64,000 nucleotides of DNA from Antedon mediterranea (taxonomy: Eukaryota; Animalia; Echinodermata), in NCBI RefSeq assembly GCF_964355755.1, contig NC_092680.1:16439045-16503044 (forward strand). Reading direction: 5' to 3'. Positions 55,001 through 64,000 of the stretch are shown piece by piece. Both the position numbers and the translations under genes were made by a program. Each line of letters starts with the position of its first letter. Position 1 is the first letter of the stretch. The notes beneath the pieces were generated by a model. That model saw only the letters and a program-made list of their open reading frames with translations, was not told the DNA's origin and searched no databases.

Positions 55001-58000
55001 ATTGTTAAGAACCCAGTTTTCAATTCAATGAATTTAATTTATTATTTACTATTTGTTTCTTCATACACATTTTCAACCATGTCATCATACTCATACAGTA
55101 TATATTATTATTATTTGATCATTTGTCTAATATCCGTCCACCATTTTCATTCATATCATGATCACTTGATCGCATTCACAGTTAAAACTAGACAGTGTTC
55201 AGCTAGTTGGGAGCACAGCAACATTGCAGAATGAGCCCAGCATTGGAGAAAAATCCGAGACACGCGTTGTGATCGAGACCAACGATGACGCTAACGGAGT
55301 ATGGCGTATATATAGCAATAGTCCAGACGCAACTGATAACGGCCAGACGATACATGTAGAAGAACGTAATGGAATATCAGTTGGAGTGGAGTTAACCATT
55401 GAGAGAACAGGTCCGTCTTTTTGTTTTAATTTTGTTTCTGTAACAATGAGTGTATTCAAATTGATTAATTATCAGGTGAATGAAATTATTTTTAGACTTT
55501 GATTAGGAGGTCAACATAAACAGGTTGATTGCGTACCTTGGTAATTCATAGCAATGTAAACAAAATCAGTCAATCAATCCTTCCATTTTTAAATCTCTAT
55601 TCCAACGATCATTACTCATAGGGCTGAAAAGCCCACAATCTCAAATAACGAAGAATATATATATATTTTTTTTTATATAGGAGGAACTATTGGTGATGTT
55701 GGAATTTCTTGGCAGGCTTCTGGAGGTTCAGCTGATATTGGTGATGATTATGTTGCCAGTGGTGCCACTCTGTCATTTGCCAATGGTGAAAGTCGACGTG
55801 GTAAGATTTTGAAACACACAATATATATGCTATATGCCCATTAAAGGCATCACCATTTAATTTAGAAAAGAGATGTTGGAATTAGAGATTGGAACGAGGC
55901 TGCCATTTTCTAAAACAAGATTCCTAGAAAGTCTGGAATTTTAAATGGTAGAAAATTAAAGCTTTTGGAGAGTTTTCAGATTTTCAGAGAATTGGATTTT
56001 GGAACAGTGGACTTTTTATATTTAATATTCTTTGACTGTTTCTTTATTTTGTTTTTTTCTATAGTTATTAGTATCAGCATTAAGGATGATGTAATACCAG
56101 AAGTTGATGAAACGATTATAATTGAGCTTTACGAACCTGAAGGGGGCAGTGTTCTTGGAACTGATAATTCAGTGTCTGTTGTCATATTATCTAATGATTT
56201 TGTTGCTGGTACACTGAAGTTCGCTGATCTTTCTTATATTGTCATGGAAGGCAAGTTGGTTTTTTCTGTTTAATGTTCAGGAAATTGTACAATAACCACA
56301 CGGACAATAAATACCAGGACAACCCATCCATTATGGACTGTACCATTGTTTAGAGTGGGGGGTGTATGACAATGTTGAGTGTGGGCTTGTTTTTTTGTCA
56401 ATCTTTAAAATAGAATGTGGTTATTTGTTACTTCTTATTAAACGCCTTTGAATTCTTTGGAAATTTAATTCAGTATTTGCAGTATAAGTTAACTATCTTT
56501 CTTATTTTTTATTAAATTTATATAATTTTTTTCTCGTACACAATGCTATATACAAAATGTAACATTTCATAAAGGCAAAAATACCAAATATAGATTGTTT
56601 TGTTTAAATGTATATTTATATTGGAGCATTGATATTATTCAGTATTTTAATGGAGTTAGATTGTTGATTCAAAATAAATGTCTGACAATTCCCACATTTT
56701 TCCCCCATTATCAAACACTGTATTCCAAAAGAATCAGTCACATTTTTTGTGTATTTTTGGCTGATAATAGCATTTCCATATATTGAGATAACATACACTA
56801 TAATACTTATTTTAATAATTGAAATAATATTTAAAATCTAGTTGAAAAGTGGAATTGTATGTGTATAGGAACAATGTAACCTAATTCTATTGTTGTATAG
56901 CTAGATATTAAAAAGTAAGCCCACCCATCATTGTTCTCCACATTCCGCCTTAATAATATATTAAATGGCATCTATGGATGTTTTTTTTCTTGGTTAATGT
57001 CTGATTTCCATCCTTGGCATGTGCACTCAAGTGTACAATTCTGTACACTGTTGTGTAAAATAGTTTAAACTTTTTTTTTAAATCACCTAAATGTACTGTT
57101 TAATAAATGATAATGGGTGCTGAATAAATAAATAATAATAATATAGGTTTCGCAACAGCTACTATTCGGACACTGAATGCTTGTTAGTATACCGTGTGAG
57201 AGTGATGAATTGAAGTGTAATTGTTTTTATAGTGTTTTATTTATCTGTGTTGTTATATCTCAGAGCAAACATAATTTCTATGTATATTTTATATGCAAAT
57301 GACAATAAATGGAAATAATTTTCCACTGATTAATGAATTATTATTCCCTTTACGTAAGTGAGGAAATAAAATTAATATTTACTATGAATTTTTTTATTTC
57401 TTTTTCATTATTTAGGTGAAGCATTCAATGTAACAATTGATAGATCTCTCCCAGCCGTCGGTCTAGTCTCAGTTGATTGGTTAATCCAAGGAACTGATGA
57501 TCTTGATCCTTCTCAGAGTTTCCGTGATGTTGCTGGTAAAGTCTCATTTGGTCAAGGTCAACTTGAACAGGTCATCTATCTGTACGCATTGTCTGATGAA
57601 ACACCAGAAGTTAATGAAGAGTTTACCATCATTTTGTCTAATGTTGAGACTGAAGGTACTGTAATATTTCAATACTTGGTAGAGGACACTTTCCTGTGAA
57701 AAGGATCAATAATGTTTTAACACTACAGCCAACCCTATTCAGGGAAGCTGTTCTCCAAATAGGGGTTCCACTACAATTACATTTAAAAGTAAAATTATAT
57801 GATCTCCAAAAGAAAACCAAATATAGGTGAAGTAATTTGACAAAAATAATATGTAGCGTAATAAACCTTTTTGGCTGAACCATAACAAAACACAGGTTTG
57901 GATTTATCAGCAGATTGAATCATTATACACTGTCTGCAACAGGCTTGTACACATGCATCTCATTCATTAAAAACAATATAGAGAAAAGTTTATTTTTAAA

Positions 58001-61000
58001 CAATCATGTATTAACAATGACCAAGCCCTTAATTGTTAAAATACATTTTTGGTCTTCTATTTTTTTGGTCTTTTTTGAGTACTGTGAAGGAAATTGTTTT
58101 TGTAAAATGTGTTTTTTTTTTTAAATTTTGTTTATACAAAATTATCCTTGTAAAATTGTTTTCAGAAAAAAAACATAAATACTAGAGAGCTAGCCCCATA
58201 AAAAATGAGATCGGGATCCCGATCGGGATGCGGTGGAATCCCACCGGGATCGGCCGATCCCGGTGGGATTAGACGATCCCACCGGGACGAACTCGGGATT
58301 TTTTTTTCGCAATATCGGGATAGACGGGATTTTTTTAAGAATTGCGGGATTTTGTACGCAATATCGGGATCGTGTTTTTAGACTGCGGGATTTTGTACGC
58401 AACAACGGGATTGGCGGGATTTTGTACGCAACATCGGGATTTTTTACGCAACATCGGGATTGTGTACGCAACATCGAAATTGGCGGGATTTTGTTTATAA
58501 AATTACGGGATTTTGTACGCAAGATCGGGATTTTATACGCAACATCGGGATTGGTGGGATTTTGTTTATAAAATTACGGGATTTTGTACGCAAGATCGGG
58601 ATCGACAGGATTGTGTACGCAACATCGGGATTTTGTACGCAGTATTTTAATTTCATTGGGTAATACAGTAATTTGTAACAGACGGTAAGTTATTATTTTA
58701 TTACAGTTAATGTTGTTTTTGCTTTGAATTGAGTTATTTTTGTTTTAAATACATGTACTAATGATCAAACCAGCCGTGCATTCCTTTGTACAATAGTATT
58801 AATTCTAAAGACAATTTACTTTATGTACCGCACCTTTTGCTGCGCCGCCACGGCTACTTTGATCGTTATATAGTTAATCACATTATTATATCATTATTAA
58901 CACCTCATCTTCAGTATACTAACAACGAGTTGATTTCTTATCGTATTATTATCATCACACTTACCTTACTATGTTTACGTTTTACACCATACCTTTCGAT
59001 TAACATGTTTATGACCAAGTTGAGTTGTTTTAATATGTTGAGGGTATTACGCTATTGGTTTACCAGCTGATGAGTGCAATATGCACTCCTGCATAGACAA
59101 TGCATGTTTCGTTTTATGCAGGAGATCCGATCAATAGTTACCTCCAATAACATTAAGGATCGAAACAGCCATGCATCATCAATAGTAAGCTTTTATTTTA
59201 AAAACATTTATGAGGTATTTTCTGAATTGTTTCCAGCAAAGATTAATTATTTATAAAACACATGATTATGATGATGATGGCTGTCCTGGGAATAAACCCA
59301 GTTTTTTTTAATACTAATTTTTTAAAAATAATGTTTAAACAAATCCTGCAATTTCTAAGAGGTTGCTGTACGTTCACAGCAACCCAAGTGTCTTGCTGCA
59401 ATGAATATACCGTCCAATGGCCCGGACGTAGGCCTACGTCTTGAAGTGCTTTGAATACGTTATTAAATGAATAAAATGTTGATGTTGTCATTGACTGTTA
59501 TAGCTTTATTCTAGAATGGTAATTATTATAGTGAAATATGCAGATTACACGGGTATATAGAAATGAATTTGCTAACTGGTACAAAACAATTATCTCGATA
59601 TTATAATAAAAAGACAAATGAAATGATTTTTGACTTTCGTACCTAATATGAGATTGATCCAATCACTAAAAGGAGAAAATTAAGAGTAGGCCTAATCGTC
59701 TTGTATCCGTCATAATAAATGCAACAGGGCGTATTAATTTGTCAAAATGGCAAAAGGAATTTTTTTTTTTTGTATTTTTGTACATTGTTTTTTATTTTCC
59801 ATTTTAATATATATATATGAATGTGTATTTTCTAGTGGAAAAAGAATTATTCGAATAAACGCCCCGCTTTGAATAGGGAACCCACTCCACTTCTCAATAG
59901 AAAGAACATCTTGGAATAAACGTACACGGACGTTTATTTATTTAATAATAAATACACAATATTTTATTTGTAGTAGAATTCATTTATCTACAATTTACCA
60001 AGCATATCTAGGGGTTGATTATACATGTACCATGTTATTACACCATACACCTGAAAGTGTCAACATAGAAAGGAATGCTGCAGTCTCCTCGTTCAGTTCA
60101 TTCACAAAGTCACGTGGTCTGGCTTGTTGGACGGCTTTTTGTCGGCATCTCTTTGTGTAGAGCAGGTACCAAGATCTATATTTAGAAACTGACTCGACTC
60201 TTTAGGCGTGGGAAGTTCTAGCGGAAAGTGGTTGTCTTGACGACATAGAAAGGAATGCTGCAGTCTCCTCGTTCAGTTCATTGAAAAAGTCACGTGGTCT
60301 GGCTTGTTGGACGGCTTTAATTGTCGGCATCTCTTTGTGTAGACTGTAAAGCAGGTACCAAGATCTATATTTAGAAACTGACTCGACTCTTTAGGCGTAG
60401 GAAGTTCTAGCGGAAAGTGGGTGTCTTGACGACAGCTTTAAGCATTCATTGTTTTATGGAATGGGATTTCCTAAGTAAAAACCCTTAAATTTACAATTTT
60501 GTTTGTATTATTTTGACATAGGCCTAAGATTAGTACTCCAGAGTAACAGCATCACACCAGCAGTTGTAATTAGACACGTTAGTATGGCCTGTAATTAATT
60601 ATCATAACAAAATAATAATTTTAAGAACGTGCTTGTGAAAATAGCACGCAGCGCGCGATGGGAACTTGCGTACGCACGCGCGCATCTCTTTCCCGCCTTG
60701 ATTTAAATTTGTAACCAGACCACAGCAATTCTGGCCGGCTAGCGATGACGTACAACGCATTCAAACCGTAGGTGTTTTTGATAAATTCATAGATTTATTC
60801 GTTGTGATTATTTATTAATTACACCTTATTGTTATACCCTATCATAATGGCTCCTTTAGTTGAAATATAGGGCCTAGAAGCTCATATTTGTGGAGCATAT
60901 ATTGCAAGTCAAAAAAGTACAGTATTTTAGCCTGCCTCCTCTCTTTCCTCATCATCAGTCTAGCCTACAACCGGCCCCGCTCCCGTGCGTCGTAGGCCTC

Positions 61001-64000
61001 CTCCCTCTGCCTATTTGATACTAGGCATTTGATACTAAGCTTTAATAGGCCTATATATTACAGTATTGTTATTTTGGTCTCTCCAGACACAATGGGAAAA
61101 CTATTTTGTGCATATTAATTAATAAATGTTTATCGTACACCACCATACTTAATAATATTATGAATATTGCTTTGTGTAAAATTAAAAAGGACTTGAACTC
61201 GGAGTAAACAGGCAGATGAGAAGTACTAATAGGCCTAGTAGTAGTAGGCCTATTCCTATCAATATCTATAGCCTAGGCTAGGCCTAATTCGGAAAAATTG
61301 AGGATCCGATGAATGATGATGAAGAAGGAACAGGCAAGAAGCTAGGTTAGCCTACTACTAGACCTATAAATGAATGGGTAAACTAGGCCTATAAATAACA
61401 CGATCAGAATATTTATGATTGTAAAGGGGCAAAATATTTTCTAAGGTAAGTTATACTTAGGCCTATAGGCTATCTATTTAGAATTTGAAGGATTATTGTT
61501 TTTAAAAGAAATGTAATTACTAATTGTAAACGTATAAACGGTAAACAAAAAAACACATACGTATCTGATTAGGCCTATATATAATATATTGCGCTTTTCG
61601 TTATATTTGTAGGAGTCATTGCAAAAACAACATTAGATGAAAAACACTTTTTGAAATTGAAATGGGTTTATCCCAGGACAACCATATCATCACCTTCATT
61701 TAATTTGTTTAGAAAATGTTCGAAAATTACTTTTTAAAAAGTGTTGTTTTACATTAATTACTGAGAATTTATTAATTGGAAATATTATCGATGATGTTAT
61801 GGCTGTTTCGATCCTTACAGTTAGGGAGGTGGCTATTGATTGGATCTCCTGCATAAAACGAAACATGCATTGTCTATGCAGGAGTGCATATTGCACTCAT
61901 CAGCTGGTAAACCAATAGCGTAATACCCTCAACATATTAAAGCAACAACTGGTCATAAACATGTTAATCGAAAGGTATGGTGTAAAACGTAAACATAGTA
62001 AGGTAAGTGTGATGATAATAATACGATAAGAAATCAACTCGTTGTTAGTATTACTAAAGATGAGGTGTTAAATAATGATATAATAAATGTAATTAACTAT
62101 ATAACGATCAAAGTAGCCGTGGCGGCGCAGCAAAAGGTGTGGTACATAAAGTAAACTGTCTTTAGAATTAATACTGCTGGTACATGTATTTAAAACAAAA
62201 ATAACTCAATTCAAAGCAAAAACAACATTAACCCTAATCAAATAATAACTTACCGTCTGTTACAAATTACTGTCTTTCCAATAGCTTAATACCCTCAACA
62301 AGTTAACAAAACTCAACTTGGTCATCCAATATCGTAAAAACAATGAAAACCTATTCAATAATATAAAAAACTCCAAAGTGTTGTTTTAACTCGTTATTAA
62401 ATCATAAACAACAAATCGTAAAAGATGGAACACTGATAATAATGCCGGATGAGTATTGCAGAGGGTTTTGAAAATCTCATATTTTTTGGCTATATTGTAT
62501 TACTATGACATATTATCCTACATCGGCAGATCGGTGTTCAATCATTTACGATATTAATACAAATAATTATTTAGAATAAATAATGGACATTGTTAGTAAA
62601 ACAAAAAACTTATCACATATTTTATTCTGAAATAAAAGAAAAAAATATCAGACAACCAAAATGTTGCCAATTACTACCGATAACAATGAATCAGTTTAAT
62701 CATCATTTTAGTGTAAGATTTAAGCACAATATTACCGTAATGAAATTTGTATATTTACTTTTATAACAGATTTCTTTTAATTTCTAGATGTCTTTCCTTC
62801 ATGGCGTAAAGAGTTCGGTAGAATCACAGTATTTCAGAACGGGAGTACCGACTAGGATTTTCTATTTATAAGTCTAAATTTTGGCGGGATTAAATGTATT
62901 CGGCATAGTCGTCTTAAATTTACATCTCGATTTTTTGGCGAAATTTTAATCGGGATAATGCGCAAAAACGAATTTTAACCGGGGTATCGATCGGGGTTCT
63001 TGGCGGGATCCCGATCGATATCCCGGTTAAAAATCCCGTTCGTTTTTGCGCATTATCCCGATAACAATTTCACCGATGATCGACCGAAATTCCCGACCAA
63101 AAATCCCGATTTTTCGTGAATCCCGATAAAAATCCCGATAAGGAATGAGTAATCGGGATTCCCAAAAGATCGGGACGTCGTCCGAGACCCCGATATTTTC
63201 GACCGAAATTCCCGACCAAAAATCCCGATTTTTCGTGAATCCCGATGAAAAATCCCGATACGGGATGGGTAATCGGGATTCCCAAAAGATCGGGACGTCG
63301 TCCGGGATCCCGATATTTTCGACCGAAATTCCCGACCAAAAATCCCGATTTTTCGTGAATCCCGATGAAAATCCCGATACGGGATGGGTAATCGGGAAAT
63401 CCCAAAAATCGGGACGTCGTTCGAGATCCCGATATTTTCGACCGAAATTCCCGACCAAAAATCCCGATTTTTCGTGAATCCCGATAAAAATCCCGATATG
63501 GATGGGTAATCGGGATTCCCAAAAGATCGGGACGTCAATCGGGATCCCGATATTTTCGACCGAAATTCCCGACCAAAAATTTCGGTCGAAAATATCGGGA
63601 TCACGGCGAGATCCCGGCGGGATCCCGACCGTGATATCGGCGGGATCCCGGATGTTTTTTCTATAGGGGAGGCCTATGTTTTTATATAGAGATATGTTGA
63701 ATTATTTTGGATACTCACTTATATTATTCAACTGACCAATTAAAACAAAAAAAACTAAAACAATGAACAAATTTTGTACTTTTTGTCTGTAGTGTGTTCT
63801 TTCTATGAGTATTATTTTCAACCTTTCTTTTTTTAGGTGTGTCTGCTACTGGTGCTGCAGAGTTGGATCCTCAAGGTTCAGTAGCTAGCATAACCATCAG
63901 TGCCAGTGATGAACCACATGGTGTCTTTAGCTTTGCTCAAGGATCTAATGAGATCACAGTGTCGGAAGACCAAGAAACTCTTCAACTGTTTGTTGATAGG
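31026..64000 (+). CDS. ADGRV1: Adhesion G-protein coupled receptor V1 (VLGR1/GPR98), 3'-partial, multi-exon
   Basis: ATG 31026 with an in-frame upstream TGA and signal peptide MMLLVVLLSQIAILLA. Many Calx-beta repeats (DDIPExxExFxxxL...IxxNDDxxG), a LamG/pentraxin domain and the CxxxCLRERAC motif in the ADGRV1 order. Coding exons: 31026-31205, 31832-32083, 32488-32592, 33002-33124, 34220-35234, 35861-36159, 36557-36692, 37239-37999, 38135-38258, 38639-38899, 40286-40418, 41030-41253, 42013-42227, 42723-42885, 43256-43476, 43904-44031, 44323-44448, 44629-44843, 45297-45538, 45850-46251, 46738-46867, 48338-48465, 48828-48995, 49469-49657, 49922-50016, 50522-50700, 51264-51430, 52338-52596, 52765-52893, 53048-53166, 53583-53764, 54056-54389, 54571-54723, 55182-55410, 55681-55800, 56065-56250, 57416-57655, 63837-64000 (continues beyond the window). 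Confidence 0.93.
34220..35234 (+). CDS. ADGRV1: ADGRV1 large exon with about three Calx-beta repeats
   Basis: ORF 34280..35350 contains SDNIPEIGEDFEIIL, GNDDQNG, DDNIPEEAERYIV and DSDDVYG. Bounded by ttattag and GAAG|GTAAG. Confidence 0.92.
36315..36380 (+). repeat. SINE-tail-like dispersed repeat (second copy at 45668-45745, - strand)
   Basis: GAAAGGAACTGGCCACCCTACCACAAAATGCTAAGGCGTAGTAAAATGAGCTC matches the reverse complement GAAAGGAACTGGCAACCTTACCACATAATGCAGAGGCTTAGTACAATGAGCTC. Confidence 0.6.
36791..37066 (+). mobile_element. tRNA-derived SINE with a Deu/Nin-type central domain
   Basis: B-box-like GGTTCGAGGC at about 36824. Core GACTATAAACAGTAGGTC..TGCACTTTAAAGAACCC..GAGTAGGGG. Collinear with the copy at 53207-53495, including the GGCCACATGTGCC..AAAGAC tail. 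Confidence 0.75.
38973..39124 (+). mobile_element. MITE family A copy (TIR AAGCTCTGTCTACACTATCAAACT)
   Basis: Left TIR and internal GTGTGATGTGCCCAAATAT repeats. Right TIR is partly eroded. Confidence 0.8.
40558..40705 (+). mobile_element. MITE family A copy (near complete)
   Basis: AAGCTCTGTACACTATCAAACT...AGTTTGATAGTGTAGACAGAGCTTT palindromic ends in T/A context. Confidence 0.88.
41341..41586. repeat. Double-hairpin dispersed repeat (family B)
   Basis: Hairpin 1: TATACAAATAATGAATGTTTA..TAAACATTCATTATTTTTTTATA. Hairpin 2: TTATATAACATCTAAATAGATTCCTGTCATTTGA..TCAAATGACAGGAATTCATTTAGGTGTTATATAA. Related pieces at about 25578-25750 and 53836-54010. Confidence 0.7.
41781..41946. mobile_element. 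hAT-like MITE
   Basis: CAGGGGTGGATAC...GGATCCGCCACTG imperfect TIRs with a poly-C interior. TCTGA is present on both flanks. Confidence 0.65.
42723..44448 (+). CDS. ADGRV1: ADGRV1 LamG/pentraxin-like domain (4 exons)
   Basis: FSGGS..SYL...FSISAWVKP...GFIISK...DDKWHQIIVVV....VKVYVDG...MYVGAR...YKGLLQDVRLYSRRL is a typical LamG_3 signature. Confidence 0.85.
45056..45222 (+). mobile_element. MITE family A copy with three internal 21-bp repeats
   Basis: TIRs plus (CCAAATATGGTAGTGAYATGN)x3. Confidence 0.85.
48143..48300 (+). mobile_element. Tc1/mariner-type MITE fragment (family C)
   Basis: Starts TACAGTCAACTCTC (TA + CAGT). A diverged reverse-complement copy lies at about 55900-56015 (shared AAACTCTCC..AAAA..TACCATT..CCAGACTTTCYAGGAA). 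Confidence 0.55.
48480..48629 (-). mobile_element. MITE family A copy, opposite orientation
   Basis: AAGCTCTGTCAACACTATCAAACTT...AACTAGTTTGATAGTATAGGCAGACCTTT with internal CATATCACTACCATAT. Confidence 0.8.
52224..52310 (-). mobile_element. MITE family A partial copy
   Basis: CATTACCATATTTGGACATATCACTACC..CACATCACAC..AACTAGTTTGATTGTGTAGACAGAG. Confidence 0.75.
53207..53495 (+). mobile_element. tRNA-derived SINE with a Deu/Nin-type central domain (second copy)
   Basis: CTCGGATAAGGACTATAAACCGTAGGTCC..TGCAGTTTGAAGAACC..AGTAGGGGGTTACTCCGGTGTACTGG followed by an A-rich tail. Confidence 0.75.
58205..58645. repeat. Left subterminal minisatellite (CGGGATTTTGTACGCAACAT-type ~21-bp units)
   Basis: Directly visible degenerate tandem units. 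Explains the spurious ORFs at 58190-58663. Confidence 0.9.
58666..62272. repeat. Long internal inverted repeat (arms ~58666-59300 and ~61660-62272)
   Basis: CAGTAATTTGTAACAGACGGTAAG at 58666 is the reverse complement of 62249-62272. TGCAATATGCACTCCTGCATAGACAATGC occurs on + at 59075 and on - at about 61895. ORFs 59074+ and 61696- start identically. Confidence 0.92.
60063..60434. repeat. Tandem duplication of a ~180-bp unit
   Basis: ACATAGAAAGGAATGCTGCAGTCTCCTCG starts at both 60063 and 60243. The copies are near-identical apart from small indels. Confidence 0.93.
63082..63580. repeat. Right subterminal tandem repeat, ~120-bp unit, ~4.2 copies
   Basis: GACCGAAATTCCCGACCAAAAAT recurs at 63082, 63201, 63321, 63440 and 63558. 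Confidence 0.95.

Larger units (their letters stand above)
58194..63669. mobile_element. 5.5-kb composite non-autonomous TIR/foldback element (CACTA/EnSpm-like) in an ADGRV1 intron
   Basis: The left end CCCCATAAAAAATGAGATCGGGATCCC and the right end (reverse complement) CCCCTATAGAAAAAACATCCGGGATCCC are similar, with AG on both flanks (candidate 2-bp TSD). Subterminal arrays are CGGGAT on the left and ATCCCG on the right. Contains an internal long inverted repeat. No transposase ORF seen. Confidence 0.8.

Noticed and set aside
58190-58663. ORFs of 67-112 aa on both strands
   Set aside because: Translations of the CGGGAT minisatellite, with no domain signal or splice context.
59074-59256. Twin ORFs MQYALLHRQCMFRFMQEI (59074+ and 61696-)
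   Set aside because: The identity is explained by the inverted repeat. Both start at GTG and they diverge after about 20 codons.
63027-63604. Four overlapping 110-183-aa ORFs and a regularly spaced repeat that superficially resembles a CRISPR array
   Set aside because: The whole 120-bp unit repeats with no unique spacers, there are no cas genes, and the context is a eukaryotic intron. The ORFs are by-products of a stop-poor tandem repeat.

Overview
AT-rich, intron-rich eukaryotic DNA from a metazoan. A marine invertebrate deuterostome such as an echinoderm is my inference from the Deu/Nin-type SINEs and the gene content. Two large + strand genes fill the window. (1) 17..24983 is the 3' part of an uncharacterised giant extracellular-type protein. 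I traced 46 exons by hand with consistent phase (about 3,170 codons in the window): an EGF-like module, about 20 fibronectin-III/Ig-like repeats with a DxTPP..G.V.DG..DIDxQ..W.GF.D.ESGI signature, a Cys-rich linker and an inserted carbohydrate-binding-like domain, with no C-terminal TM segment. (2) About 28.7 kb to the window end is the promoter and 5' portion of ADGRV1 (VLGR1/GPR98): signal peptide, Calx-beta repeats and a LamG/pentraxin domain, with 38 coding exons traced (about 2,830 codons). Introns hold a 5.5-kb composite foldback/CACTA-like element, a nested 1.8-kb foldback element, several MITE and SINE families and a CR1-like RT relic. The most unusual items are a fully paired tRNA-Asp(ATC)-like gene between 64-bp direct repeats, a 24-bp hAT-like micro-element with an 8-bp TSD in the ADGRV1 promoter, two candidate microexons (3 nt and 18 nt) and two GC-AG introns. 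All coordinates were read by eye and no searches were run.
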